From contig CAYJMD010000005.1 in NCBI GenBank assembly GCA_964371585.1, forward strand, positions 8,072-72,071: a stretch of DNA of 64,000 nt. The letters run 5' to 3'. Position 1 is the first letter of the stretch. Each line of letters starts with the position of its first letter. The stretch comes from an uncultured Clostridiaceae bacterium. GTDB lineage: Bacteria; Bacillota; Clostridia; TANB77; CAG-465. The notes under the pieces are model-generated. The model was not told the origin of the DNA. It saw only the letters and a program-made list of their open reading frames with translations, and ran no database searches. Below are positions 19,679 through 28,853 of this stretch, in pieces. The translations under genes and the position numbers were made by a program.

Positions 19679-20200
19679 CTATACAGATTTTATTTCCAGA
19701 ACAACATATGTTCTATGAGGTAATATTTTACATCTTCCCTTCATTTCATTTGTTACTGGATCTATAAATATTGACGGCTTTACTTCATCTCCATTTTGAG
19801 TATCAATTATTGTAAAGTGTCTTTTCATACTTGGATTATAAGCAACTTCTTTATATTCTACACCTTCAGTATTTAATATTGTTCCATAATATAAAGGAAT
19901 ATTCCCTTCTGTAACTTTAAATCCTTCTGCATTTAAATTACCTGTACTTAATATTGCTTTTTTATTTGTTAGCGTTAATAAAATAATTGCCTGATCTTCT
20001 TGTAAATCCTCAGTAATAACATTAAAAGTTTTAATCATTTTACCTTCTTTTTCAGAAGCAACATGATTTAATTTTTCTAATGTAAATGTTGAATCATACT
20101 CAGTAATTGGACTCTTATTTTTTTCTACTACAAATCCAATTGTATTCATCCCTTGTAAGTCTACTATTTCAAATTTATTTACTTGTATTATTGGTTCCAT
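19679..20200 (-). CDS. Hypothetical protein (173 aa), first gene of coupling-protein module
   Basis: Good SD AGAGGAGTG. No TM. No motif recognised. Confidence 0.6.
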   Translation of the reverse strand: MEPIIQVNKFEIVDLQGMNTIGFVVEKNKSPITEYDSTFTLEKLNHVASEKEGKMIKTFNVITEDLQEDQAIILLTLTNKKAILSTGNLNAEGFKVTEGNIPLYYGTILNTEGVEYKEVAYNPSMKRHFTIIDTQNGDEVKPSIFIDPVTNEMKGRCKILPHRTYVVLEIKSV

Positions 20201-20235
20201 ACTTTCACTCCTCTAAATAGTTGTATTACCCTTAT

Positions 20236-20264
20236 ATTATACAATACAATTTACATAATTACAA
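20236..20264 (-). promoter_or_regulatory. Sigma-A promoter of the 173aa-81aa-T4CP module
   Basis: Minus strand TTGTAA (rc of 20259-20264), 17-nt spacer, TATAAT (rc of 20236-20241). Lies in the 80-nt gap after the VanW-family gene. Confidence 0.5.
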
Positions 20265-20280
20265 CTTTTTTAATTATTTT

Positions 20281-21837
20281 TTACTCTTTAGTTCCTATTT
20301 TTACTATTTTATTTTGTGGAGAATACTTATCTTGTGATAAAAGTTCTCTTGAAACAATTTCTCCATCTAGTTTTTTCACAATGTAAGCTTCCGATATCTT
20401 TCCATTACTACCATTTGAAACTACAATTTCTTTACCTTTTTCTAGTGTATCATCATATATGTATTTAGTACTTGGATATAATGTTGATGTTACTACAGAT
20501 TCGATTTCTATTTCATATTCAATTTCTTCTTTCATCCCATACATACTTATATTTAAACTACCTGAAGGATCATATGTAGTAACTATTTTAATTGCATTAT
20601 TCCTTGTGTTTTTAAATTTGAAATCAAGTACTCCTGTATATATTGTAGCATCTCTACTTGGTAATACGTATCCAACTGGTAATCCATGTGCATATCTCAT
20701 TGTTATTTCTAAATTAGCAAGTAATGCTGTATTATATAATGATGATGAAACTTGGCATATACCTCCACCTGTTTCATTAACTATTGTTCCAGCCTTAAAC
20801 GTACCGGCTGGTAAATACCCTTGCTCTTTTGTTACATTACCAACAGTATTATTAAATGAAAATTCTTCTCCAGGTAATATTATAACCTCATCAATATAAC
20901 TTAAACCAATTTTTATATTATTACTTCTGTTATACTCATTTGGATTAAAATATGTGGTGAAACTTGCTACTTTATCTTCAAATAATTTATAACTTAAATC
21001 AACAGTTGTTATTGTAGGATTTATAGGAGTAAGATTAAGTTCACTCTCTACTGCACTACTAGAATAAAAATTATTAACAAATGCAGTTACTATATCTTTA
21101 TCTGTTCTATATCCAACAATTTCATTTATTAGAACTCTATTTATTTCATCAAATGTAGCATCTTTTGCTTCTACATTTGCAAGCTCGTATATTATTTGTG
21201 CCGATATTTGGTCAGGCACTTTTGTGTATATATCCAAACTATAATTATCTTGAATATTTGTTATGCTATTAAATATTGATTCTTTTTCTTTTTCATAATT
21301 AATAGCGTTACCTGTTTTGCCTTTAGTAAGTACAATCTTATTATTTGGTCTATCTAAGAAATACATATCATCTAAATATCTATCTTCTATTGTTAAATCA
21401 ATATTTCTAATAACTTCATCTAATTTTACTAAATCATAATCATATATAATTTCAATATCTTTTTTAAAAATATTATTTTTAAGTACATTTATTATATTAC
21501 TTAATTCATCTTCATCTCTTCCAGCAGCAAAACAAGCTAAAATAGTCTCAGAAATATTTATATTCAAATCTAAGTCTTCTGGTGTAATTGTTACACGCAT
21601 AGCATCATCTTGATAAATATGTAATTTTGATGAAGTTAACTCATCGTTAAATGAAATTATTAGTTCCTTTACTTCATCATAGGTATATCCGGATATATCA
21701 TGTCCATTAATATATATATTGTTGTATACATTATCATTTATCTTAATTGATATTACAATTAAAGAGATAGATATTAAAACAAAAATAAATATACATGAAA
21801 CTGTAATAATAAATTTCTTCTTTTTTTCCATATCCAC
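20281..21837 (-). CDS. VanW-family protein with N-terminal TM anchor and C-terminal G5 domain
   Basis: 518 aa. N-terminal TM. Central VanW-like block (LPGEEFSFNNTVGNVTKEQGYLPAGTF...GGGICQVSSSLYNTALLANLEI). C-terminal G5-like segment (KGKEIVVSNGSNGKISEAYIVKKLDGEIVSRELLSQDKYSPQNKIVKIGTKE). Confidence 0.8.
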   Translation of the reverse strand: MDMEKKKKFIITVSCIFIFVLISISLIVISIKINDNVYNNIYINGHDISGYTYDEVKELIISFNDELTSSKLHIYQDDAMRVTITPEDLDLNINISETILACFAAGRDEDELSNIINVLKNNIFKKDIEIIYDYDLVKLDEVIRNIDLTIEDRYLDDMYFLDRPNNKIVLTKGKTGNAINYEKEKESIFNSITNIQDNYSLDIYTKVPDQISAQIIYELANVEAKDATFDEINRVLINEIVGYRTDKDIVTAFVNNFYSSSAVESELNLTPINPTITTVDLSYKLFEDKVASFTTYFNPNEYNRSNNIKIGLSYIDEVIILPGEEFSFNNTVGNVTKEQGYLPAGTFKAGTIVNETGGGICQVSSSLYNTALLANLEITMRYAHGLPVGYVLPSRDATIYTGVLDFKFKNTRNNAIKIVTTYDPSGSLNISMYGMKEEIEYEIEIESVVTSTLYPSTKYIYDDTLEKGKEIVVSNGSNGKISEAYIVKKLDGEIVSRELLSQDKYSPQNKIVKIGTKE

Positions 21838-21852
21838 CTCTTTATATATTTT

Positions 21853-22551
21853 TTATTTGTTTTTTCTAATTAAAATGATTGGTGTAAGTGTAGCTGCTTG
21901 CCCAGCTGGATTATCTTTTATCATTTTTATTAATTCATCTTCTGTATTTTCTATAACGTCTGCTTTCCCAAGTATTTCTATATTAATATCATTAGCATCA
22001 ACTATCATACATTTTATACCAGTAGCTTTATAAATTTCATTACATACTCCTGATGAATTCTCTGGTATCCTAATTCCAAACTCAGCATAATCTTCAAATA
22101 CATCTCCATAAAACCCGTCAAGTCCACTAACTTCTGGACCAACTATTTCATAGAAGACTCCTCTTTTACCAAATAATTTACAAATTCCACCTGCAACAGC
22201 TGCATATATAACTTTAAATCTACCACATAAATTGATAGCAAATTGCATTTTATATGGATTATCAACTCCTACCCCTGCACTACTTTTCATTGCAAATCTT
22301 GATAAGAATTTTGCAAGTCCACTTACTTTAACATCTTTTTTATACACTACTCTATTTTGACATAGGCCTATAATTTTTTCACTAATTGAAACAATATCGC
22401 CTTCTTCGTATATATCTGTAACATATTTCTTTATTATATCTACGTAATTTTCACCTATTTGCACATAATGCGTTTCTATAGCATGTCTTAAATAAGTTTC
22501 ACCATTAACATCAATTTCTACTTTTTTATTTTTATTTGCTTTAAACTCCAT
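21853..22551 (-). CDS. F420-0:gamma-glutamyl ligase (CofE)-like family protein
   Basis: Resembles the CofE-like proteins common in Clostridia (recognition by eye only). Start moved to ATG 22551 (MEFKANK...), which has SD AAAGGAG. The track start lies further upstream. Confidence 0.55.
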   Translation of the reverse strand: MEFKANKNKKVEIDVNGETYLRHAIETHYVQIGENYVDIIKKYVTDIYEEGDIVSISEKIIGLCQNRVVYKKDVKVSGLAKFLSRFAMKSSAGVGVDNPYKMQFAINLCGRFKVIYAAVAGGICKLFGKRGVFYEIVGPEVSGLDGFYGDVFEDYAEFGIRIPENSSGVCNEIYKATGIKCMIVDANDINIEILGKADVIENTEDELIKMIKDNPAGQAATLTPIILIRKNK

Positions 22552-22649
22552 AACTGCTCCTTTATTCAATCTATACATATATGTTATCACATGTTTTTTT
22601 AAAAATCAATAATTATTTATAATTATTACTATATACTATCATATTCGTG

Positions 22650-22793
22650 TTATTTGATATTCTTTGTTATAATAGTATCACTATTTTTTATTACATCTGA
22701 TGTAATTATTCCAGCAATAATTATTAAAAATATAATTAAAATTATTACTACTATAATCATCACTATTTGAGTAAATGTCACTTTATTTTTCAT
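22650..22793 (-). CDS. Small single-TM protein (47 aa)
   Basis: Not in the track. rc reads MKNKVTFTQIVMIIVVIILIIFLIIIAGIITSDVIKNSDTIITKNIK*. SD AAAGGAGGAA 5 nt upstream. Confidence 0.4.
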   Translation of the reverse strand: MKNKVTFTQIVMIIVVIILIIFLIIIAGIITSDVIKNSDTIITKNIK

Positions 22794-22916
22794 AACATTC
22801 CTCCTTTGTTTTATTATATACTAAATCAAAAAATATTGCAAAAAATAAATTTATATTAAATTTAAATTTACATTTTAAGATATTTAATATATAATTAAAT
22901 AGTAATAGGTGATAAT

Positions 22917-25013
22917 ATGAAAAGTAAAATATGGATATTCGTTGTAGCTGTAATCTTAACTACAATTATAGTTTCTATGAATATGATTAATGTAAATTAC
23001 ATATCTGATTTAGATTCAATTTACACAGTAAACTCTAACGGCTCTATTAAAGTAAGTCAAACTATAACTTATGATTTAAGCTCTAAAATTTCAAATCTTG
23101 AATTTGCCATATATGGACCTGACGCTTACGAAAGCAGTAAAGAAAGTTTACCATGGTTAAACAATCCACCAGAATTTTCTAATGTAAAAGTAACTATGAC
23201 TAGTAATACTTCTAAACAAGAAACCACTTTAAAACATAAACTTGAAGATTATGGTCCTTACGATAATAAAATAGTAGTATTAGAAGAATTTGAGCCGGGC
23301 GTCTATGAGATAGAAATCTCCTATACAGTGCCAAATGGTATTGTTGAATATCGTGATCATTTGCATTTGTGTATTCAGCCCATAACTATTTTAAACAACT
23401 ATACTATTAATAATATGAATGTACGAGTAAATGCACAATATTCTGGATTTAAAGTTGATGAATTTTATCTTTTATCAAACATGGATAGTAATGCTATAAC
23501 TAATGGTTCTTTAGAATATAATTTTTATGATATTAAATCTTCTGATTTAATAAGTGTCAATCTTTTATTTGATAAAAGTGATAGTTTTGTAGGAAATCAT
23601 TTACACTATGGAACTGCTGATATTAAAGAGGTATTAGAAGATAATTTATCTATGATTACTGAAAGTAATAATATACTATCAACTTTAGATAATCTTGTTG
23701 TAGTATTTATAATTATACTAGCGCTATACTATATATTCCTTATATTTAAATATGATTATCAAAATTTAAATTCAATGAGTGGACATAGTTACGAGCAAGT
23801 ATTCGACGAATTAAATTTAGTAGTAGGTGCTTGTATTGTGCAAGAAAGAAATGCTGAAGCCAAAGATATTATTGGAATACTTATTAGTTTAATAGTAGAT
23901 AAAGTTGTTATTTTAAATGTAAATAAAAAAGTTACTGAAAATGAATACTTATTAGAACTACACCCTGACTATTATAAGAATATAGATAAACTAGAAGAAT
24001 TATCTAGAATTGAAAAACAAGTAATTGATTTCTTTTTTAAAGCTGAAAAAAATAATTATATCAGCAAATATGAAAAGAGTATTAATCTTAAAGATTCACT
24101 TCTAGCAATTCAAAGTACTTCTGATAGACAAATAGAATTAGAAACAATAGTTGCATCACTTAATGCCGAATTGTGGGAAAAAAATCACGAAACTGCAATA
24201 GTTCCTAAACTAACTAAAACATTTAATATCATATTAATGGTTATAGTTATGTCACTGGTAATTGCTAGGTTTGTATTTGAACAAATTTCAAACTATATAA
24301 TTTTAAAAGACTTTTGGGATTTATTTAATATTTCTAATCAACTTGAAATATTAATTTTACTATTTCTTCCGTATATTATTATATTTATACTATACTATTT
24401 CTTTGAAGTAGTGCTTCTCGGACTAAACGCTGCTGTATACATAACTAAATCTAATGCCACTAGAATATCTAACTCAGTTAATAAACATGTTATGAAATCA
24501 AATACTATAGATAAAAAATTATTTACTGCCTCTGTAGACAGAGTATTTAAAATTGCAAATAAATATATTTTCTTAGTATCGATTATAACATCAATACTGT
24601 ATTTAATATTAAATGACACAATAATAATATTCTATGGAGTACTAGCAGCTATAGCTGTACTAATAGTTGTAACTGATGATTACATGAAAAAATATTCTTA
24701 TGACTCTTTAAAAAGATTTATAGGCCTTAAAATATTAGAAGATAAAGTTATATATGGTACTTTCTTAGATGATAAGACAATTGATTATAGTCATATTTGG
24801 GGTAATTATATAGGATTTGCATTTGCTCTTGGATATACTCAAAATCAAGAATTAATTAAAATATTAAATTCAGATTTTGAACTTCAAAAATATGATAAAG
24901 AAGCTTTTGTTTACTTTACAAACCCTGATACTTATGTGAATATTTTCAAAGATATAAATAGAAAAGATAGGGCAATAGGTAGAGTGTTGGGAAGAAAAAA
25001 ATATCATTACTAA
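22917..25013 (+). CDS. Large multi-pass membrane protein (DUF2207-like architecture, tentative)
   Basis: 698 aa. N-terminal TM/signal, ~250-aa extracytoplasmic domain, then several TMs separated by a soluble segment. Family call by architecture only. Confidence 0.5.
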   Translation: MKSKIWIFVVAVILTTIIVSMNMINVNYISDLDSIYTVNSNGSIKVSQTITYDLSSKISNLEFAIYGPDAYESSKESLPWLNNPPEFSNVKVTMTSNTSKQETTLKHKLEDYGPYDNKIVVLEEFEPGVYEIEISYTVPNGIVEYRDHLHLCIQPITILNNYTINNMNVRVNAQYSGFKVDEFYLLSNMDSNAITNGSLEYNFYDIKSSDLISVNLLFDKSDSFVGNHLHYGTADIKEVLEDNLSMITESNNILSTLDNLVVVFIIILALYYIFLIFKYDYQNLNSMSGHSYEQVFDELNLVVGACIVQERNAEAKDIIGILISLIVDKVVILNVNKKVTENEYLLELHPDYYKNIDKLEELSRIEKQVIDFFFKAEKNNYISKYEKSINLKDSLLAIQSTSDRQIELETIVASLNAELWEKNHETAIVPKLTKTFNIILMVIVMSLVIARFVFEQISNYIILKDFWDLFNISNQLEILILLFLPYIIIFILYYFFEVVLLGLNAAVYITKSNATRISNSVNKHVMKSNTIDKKLFTASVDRVFKIANKYIFLVSIITSILYLILNDTIIIFYGVLAAIAVLIVVTDDYMKKYSYDSLKRFIGLKILEDKVIYGTFLDDKTIDYSHIWGNYIGFAFALGYTQNQELIKILNSDFELQKYDKEAFVYFTNPDTYVNIFKDINRKDRAIGRVLGRKKYHY

Positions 25014-25045
25014 TAATGATAATATGAAAAAAACACTAATAAAAT

Positions 25046-25085
25046 AATGCCTGAGATATATTTTGTATCTCAGGCATTATTTTAT
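25046..25085. terminator. Bidirectional rho-independent terminator
   Basis: 12-bp perfect stem AATGCCTGAGAT / ATCTCAGGCATT with flanking A/T runs, between convergent genes. Confidence 0.75.
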
Positions 25086-25106
25086 TCTCAGTTTACAATA
25101 CTATTT

Positions 25107-25808
25107 TTAATTATTTTTCTCTCTTCCAAATATTTCTATTACTCTATCAGCTAGCACTTCCATAGAATCAATATAATCTGATGATAACTTATTATCTCTC
25201 TTTATAAGAGAAAGTTCTGTACATCCAAGTATTATTTTTGTACATCCCATTTTTTTTAAAGAATCAACAACATTATAAAAAGATACCATATCAGGAGATT
25301 TACCTTTTTTCACCTCATCATAAATTATATTCATAATAACTTTCTGATTTTCATCAGAAGGTATCTCATAATCTAAATTATAATTTTCACATATACTCTG
25401 ATATGTATCTGTCATGATTGTACCTGTTGTTGCCAGTATTCCTACCTTATCACATTCTGCTTTACACTCTTTAACAGTTTCTTCGATCATATTAATAAAG
25501 GGAACATCTATATTCTTATCTAACTCTTTATAAAAAAAATGAGCTGTGTTACATGGAATAACTAAAACATCAGCACCAAAATCTACTAATTTTTTAGAGT
25601 CTTCTATCATAACTTTAAAAGGATCTTTAGTACTATTACCAATTATAAATTCAGTTCTATCTGGTGTAGAAGCTCTTGAATTTATAATTATATCTATATG
25701 ATCTTGATCACATGTTACTTTTGTTTTATTTATGATTAATTGATAAAAATATGATGATGCTTCTGGTCCTAATCCTCCTAGTATTCCTAATAATTGTGGT
25801 TTACTCAA
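25107..25808 (-). CDS. Aspartate racemase (Asp/Glu/hydantoin racemase family)
   Basis: 233 aa. LGILGGLGPEASSYFY, first catalytic Cys region VIPCNTAHFF, second ILGCTELSL. Confidence 0.85.
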   Translation of the reverse strand: MSKPQLLGILGGLGPEASSYFYQLIINKTKVTCDQDHIDIIINSRASTPDRTEFIIGNSTKDPFKVMIEDSKKLVDFGADVLVIPCNTAHFFYKELDKNIDVPFINMIEETVKECKAECDKVGILATTGTIMTDTYQSICENYNLDYEIPSDENQKVIMNIIYDEVKKGKSPDMVSFYNVVDSLKKMGCTKIILGCTELSLIKRDNKLSSDYIDSMEVLADRVIEIFGREKNN

Positions 25809-25866
25809 ATAATCACTCCTTCTTATACAAATATAACTGATATAGAGTATATATCAGTTACTTAAA

Positions 25867-26424
25867 CTATTGTTCAAAAGATACTTTAACATTTTCTCTT
25901 TCTTCTGGTTTTGTAATTTCGAAAAAATCCATTTTTTCATATTTGTATATTTTTGCTACCATGTTTGCTGGGAACATTAATATAGTTGTATTATATAATT
26001 GTACAGCATCATTGTAGAACTGTCTTGCATATAATATTTTTTGTTCAGTTTCAGTAAGTTCTTCTTGTAACATAATAAAATTTTTGTCCGCTTTTAAATC
26101 AGGATAACTTTCAGTTACAGCAAATAAAGTTTTAAGTGTATTTTCTAATTGCTGTCCTGCTTTTACTTTTTCATTAGAACTGCCTGCTGAATTATACGCA
26201 CTTCTTGCCGAAATAACTTTTTCTAAAGTTTCAGCTTCGTGGTTCATATAGCCTTTTACAGTTTCAACTAAATTAGGTATTAAATCAAATCTTCTTTTTA
26301 ATTGAGTATCAACCTGTGCAAAAGCATTTTCAGCTCTTAATTTAACAGAAACCATATTATTATATATTGCTACGAAAGCTATTATCAATACAATTATTAT
26401 ACCTAGTATAATATAAATCCACAT
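25867..26424 (-). CDS. lemA: LemA family protein
   Basis: N-terminal TM then a typical LemA sequence (QVDTQLKRRFDLIPNLVETVKGY...ARQFYNDAVQLYNT). Start set at ATG 26424 (SD AAGGAGTG 6 nt upstream). Confidence 0.9.
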   Translation of the reverse strand: MWIYIILGIIIVLIIAFVAIYNNMVSVKLRAENAFAQVDTQLKRRFDLIPNLVETVKGYMNHEAETLEKVISARSAYNSAGSSNEKVKAGQQLENTLKTLFAVTESYPDLKADKNFIMLQEELTETEQKILYARQFYNDAVQLYNTTILMFPANMVAKIYKYEKMDFFEITKPEERENVKVSFEQ

Positions 26425-26505
26425 ATATATCACTCCTTATATATAATTATTATATCATATCTAATATTTATTGCAAGCAGTTTTTAAACTTTATTTTTAT
26501 ATATT

Positions 26506-26537
26506 AAAAAGAGTGCAATATAAATTACACTCTTTTT
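26506..26537 (-). terminator. Rho-independent terminator after tsf
   Basis: AAAAAGAGTG...CACTCTTTTT hairpin immediately downstream of the tsf stop. Confidence 0.7.
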
Positions 26538-26541
26538 AATA

Positions 26542-27189
26542 TTAACCGTTAACTTGTTTCATAACTTCTTCAGCGAAATTAGATTCTTCTTTTTCAATGC
26601 CTTCTCCTCTTTCGAATCTAGCAAATCTACGAACAACTATATTTTCACCAATTTTAGCAATAAGTTCTGTTAATAATTCACCAACTGTTTTGTCTGGATC
26701 TTTAACAAAAGCTTGTTCTAATAAGCAAATTTCTGAGAAGAATTTATTTAATCTTCCTTCAACGATTTTTGCTGCAACTGCTTCTGGTTTACCTTCTTTA
26801 ATAGCTTGAGCTGTTAAAGCTTCTTTTTCAGCTTCTACTACACTAGCAGGTACTTCTTCTCTTCTTACATATGTTGGTCCAACTGCAGCTATATGCATAG
26901 CTACGTCTTTAACAAATGTTTTAAAGTCTTCATTATTAGAAACAAAATCTGTTTCAGAGTTTACTTCTACTAAACTTCCGTATTTTCCACCATGAATGTA
27001 TGCTTCAACGATACCTTCACTTGCTACTCTACCAGCTTTTTTAGCAGCTTTAGCAATTCCTCTGTCTTTTAATAAAGCTATCGCTTTATCCATGTTTCCA
27101 TCTGCTTCTACTAAAACTTTTTTGCAGTCCATTATTCCTGCGCCTGTTCTTTCTCTTAATTCTTTTACTTGTCCAGCTGTTACTGCCAC
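26542..27189 (-). CDS. tsf: Translation elongation factor Ts (short form)
   Basis: 215 aa. [25 protein letters not shown] is a canonical EF-Ts UBA-like N-terminus. Confidence 0.95.
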   Translation of the reverse strand: MAVTAGQVKELRERTGAGIMDCKKVLVEADGNMDKAIALLKDRGIAKAAKKAGRVASEGIVEAYIHGGKYGSLVEVNSETDFVSNNEDFKTFVKDVAMHIAAVGPTYVRREEVPASVVEAEKEALTAQAIKEGKPEAVAAKIVEGRLNKFFSEICLLEQAFVKDPDKTVGELLTELIAKIGENIVVRRFARFERGEGIEKEESNFAEEVMKQVNG

Positions 27190-27201
27190 TATAAACTCCC
27201 C

Positions 27202-28035
27202 CTATTCTCCTGTAGTTTGTTCTTTTTTAGCGTAATTGTTATTTCTATTAAATCTGTTGTTTTGTCTTGGTTTTCTTTCGATTTTGTCAACACCAACTTC
27301 TTTAACTAACTCTTCCATTGTTATTTCTTCAATATCATCTACTAATTCTGTATTACCATCTTTAACTTCTAATATAGCGTCTGCTATTTTACCAGCTATT
27401 AAAGCAACACTTCTTACTGAATCATCGTTACCTGGAACAACGTAATCTACGTCTTCAGGATTACAGTTTGAATCTATAAGACCAATTGTAGGGATACCTA
27501 ATTTTCTAGCTTCTCTAGTACAGATATATTCTTTTTTAGAGTCAGCAAGGAAAATAAGTGATGGAAGTTTTTCCATATTTTTAATACCACCTAAGTTAGT
27601 ATTTAATTTTTCCATTTCATTTTTAAGACCGATAACTTCTTTTTTAGGTAATAAATCAAAAGTTCCATCTTCTTGCATTCTTTCAAGTTCATGTAATCTT
27701 GCAATTCTTTTCTTAATTGTAGAAAGATTTGTAAGAGTACCTCCAAGCCATCTGCTGTTGATGTAGTACATTCCACTTCTTTCAGCTTCAGTTTTCATAG
27801 TTTCTTGGATTTGTTTTTTAGTACCAACAAAAAGTACAGTACCTCCATTTGCTACAACTTGTTTAGTTAAGTTGTAAGCTTCTTGTAATTTTTTTAATGT
27901 TTTTTGTAAATCTAATATGTAGATTCCATTTCTTGCTGTAAAGATGTATGGAGCCATTCTTGGATCCCATCTTTTTGTTTGATGTCCAAAGTGAACACCA
28001 GCTTCTAGTAATGATTTCATAGGTATAATTGCCAT
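27202..28035 (-). CDS. rpsB: 30S ribosomal protein S2
   Basis: 277 aa. [24 protein letters not shown]. Carries an Asn/Arg-rich C-terminal extension. Confidence 0.97.
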   Translation of the reverse strand: MAIIPMKSLLEAGVHFGHQTKRWDPRMAPYIFTARNGIYILDLQKTLKKLQEAYNLTKQVVANGGTVLFVGTKKQIQETMKTEAERSGMYYINSRWLGGTLTNLSTIKKRIARLHELERMQEDGTFDLLPKKEVIGLKNEMEKLNTNLGGIKNMEKLPSLIFLADSKKEYICTREARKLGIPTIGLIDSNCNPEDVDYVVPGNDDSVRSVALIAGKIADAILEVKDGNTELVDDIEEITMEELVKEVGVDKIERKPRQNNRFNRNNNYAKKEQTTGE

Positions 28036-28148
28036 TTAAAATTCCTCCTTCTTTTCTCCTCCACAGCTCTCTTAATCTTTTGCGTCCATAATGGAAGAAG
28101 CAAAGACTCCATCTGTGTGTGTATTACTCATACTTTATGAGCACGTTT

Positions 28149-28177
28149 ATTATATCATAGTTACACATATTAATCAA
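28149..28177 (-). promoter_or_regulatory. Sigma-A promoter of rpsB-tsf
   Basis: Minus strand TTGATT (rc of 28172-28177), 17-nt spacer, TATAAT (rc of 28149-28154). Leaves a ~105-nt leader. Confidence 0.55.
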
Positions 28178-28204
28178 TAGTTATGTAATATTTCTTCATG
28201 ATAT

Positions 28205-28233
28205 TTGCATATTTTTATTATTTATGGTATAAT
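28205..28233 (+). promoter_or_regulatory. Sigma-A promoter driving the large non-coding region and downstream membrane-protein gene
   Basis: TTGCAT (28205-28210), exactly 17-nt spacer, TATAAT (28228-28233). Divergent from the rpsB promoter. Confidence 0.6.
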
Positions 28234-28239
28234 ATGTAT

Positions 28240-28840
28240 TGATGGTGCATTATTCTAGTAATGCTGTATATTATGAGGGTGGGGCTAAAAATCCACTAAA
28301 GAGCATATCGTTGAAGTTTCTTTTAAGTGCGCATTACGCCCAGTTTTGTGTGTTTGATGGAAGTAAGATTTTAGGGTACAATATAATGGCATATATTTAA
28401 CCCCCTTAAATCGTGGAGGCTTAAATTTAGCATATATTTTTTGCTGTATTTAAGTATAACCTATGTAAAGTGCCAAGACACAATACATAGTGTAGCTTGA
28501 CTTGAGTGAGAATATTGGGATATATTTTAAACGTAATAAACTGTTATGGCCATAATAGTTTATTTACTGATATTGAAATTATTATTGCAAAAAAGTCTAA
28601 TAATATTAACAGTGTTTTTTAAGGAAAACTTCTAGAATGTTTGTTTTACTTCAAAGCATGATTTTTTAAGGATTAAGGTACGGACTTAAGTGGCGATCTA
28701 GTTTTCTAATAGGTGACTTTAGAATATTTCTTTTAAATGGAAACAACTACACAGCAATGTTTAGTAAGAAATAGAGAAATTCTACTAGACCTGAAACCGT
28801 AAAATTTACTTATAAAATTACCATCAATTTTATTTTAATT
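28240..28840 (+). ncRNA. Candidate large structured non-coding RNA (~600 nt); OLE-RNA-like by size and gene context
   Basis: The track has no ORF >=60 aa in any frame between 28036 and 28853. G+C is locally high: I counted 23/60 in both 28261-28320 and 28321-28380, versus 4/60 in the intergenic line 1261-1320. Contains hairpin GCATTA-TTCTAG-TAATGC (28247-28264), a 15-bp inverted repeat at 28535-28564, and GC-rich islands (GAGGGTGGGGC, GTGCGCATTACGCCC, CGTGGAGGC, GGTACGGACTTAAGTGGCGATC). No terminator before the downstream gene. Boundaries approximate. Confidence 0.45.
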
Positions 28841-28853
28841 AAGAAAGAGAAAA

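Noticed and set aside
17384-21837. Possible integrative conjugative element or prophage around the T4CP gene
   Set aside because: No integrase, relaxase, VirB4, replication or phage structural genes are present. No flanking direct repeats or att-like duplication were seen. The neighbours are core cell-envelope genes. It is kept as an orphan module finding rather than called a mobile element.
28036-28148. rpsB 5' leader (~105 nt) with a TCTTTGC...GCAAAAGA helix as a possible S2 autoregulatory element
   Set aside because: Only one modest helix is visible, and I know of no validated Firmicute S2 leader motif to compare with. The evidence is insufficient for a regulatory call.
28240-28840. Could the large non-coding region be RNase P RNA, tmRNA, SRP/4.5S RNA, 6S RNA, a T-box or a group II intron?
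   Set aside because: I did not find the hallmark strings: the GAGGAAAGTCC P4 element of RNase P, a tRNA-like GGGG...ACCA end with a tag ORF for tmRNA, the SRP domain IV motif, the T-box core, or a domain V-like hairpin with an intron ORF. The ~600-nt size also does not fit 6S or SRP RNA.
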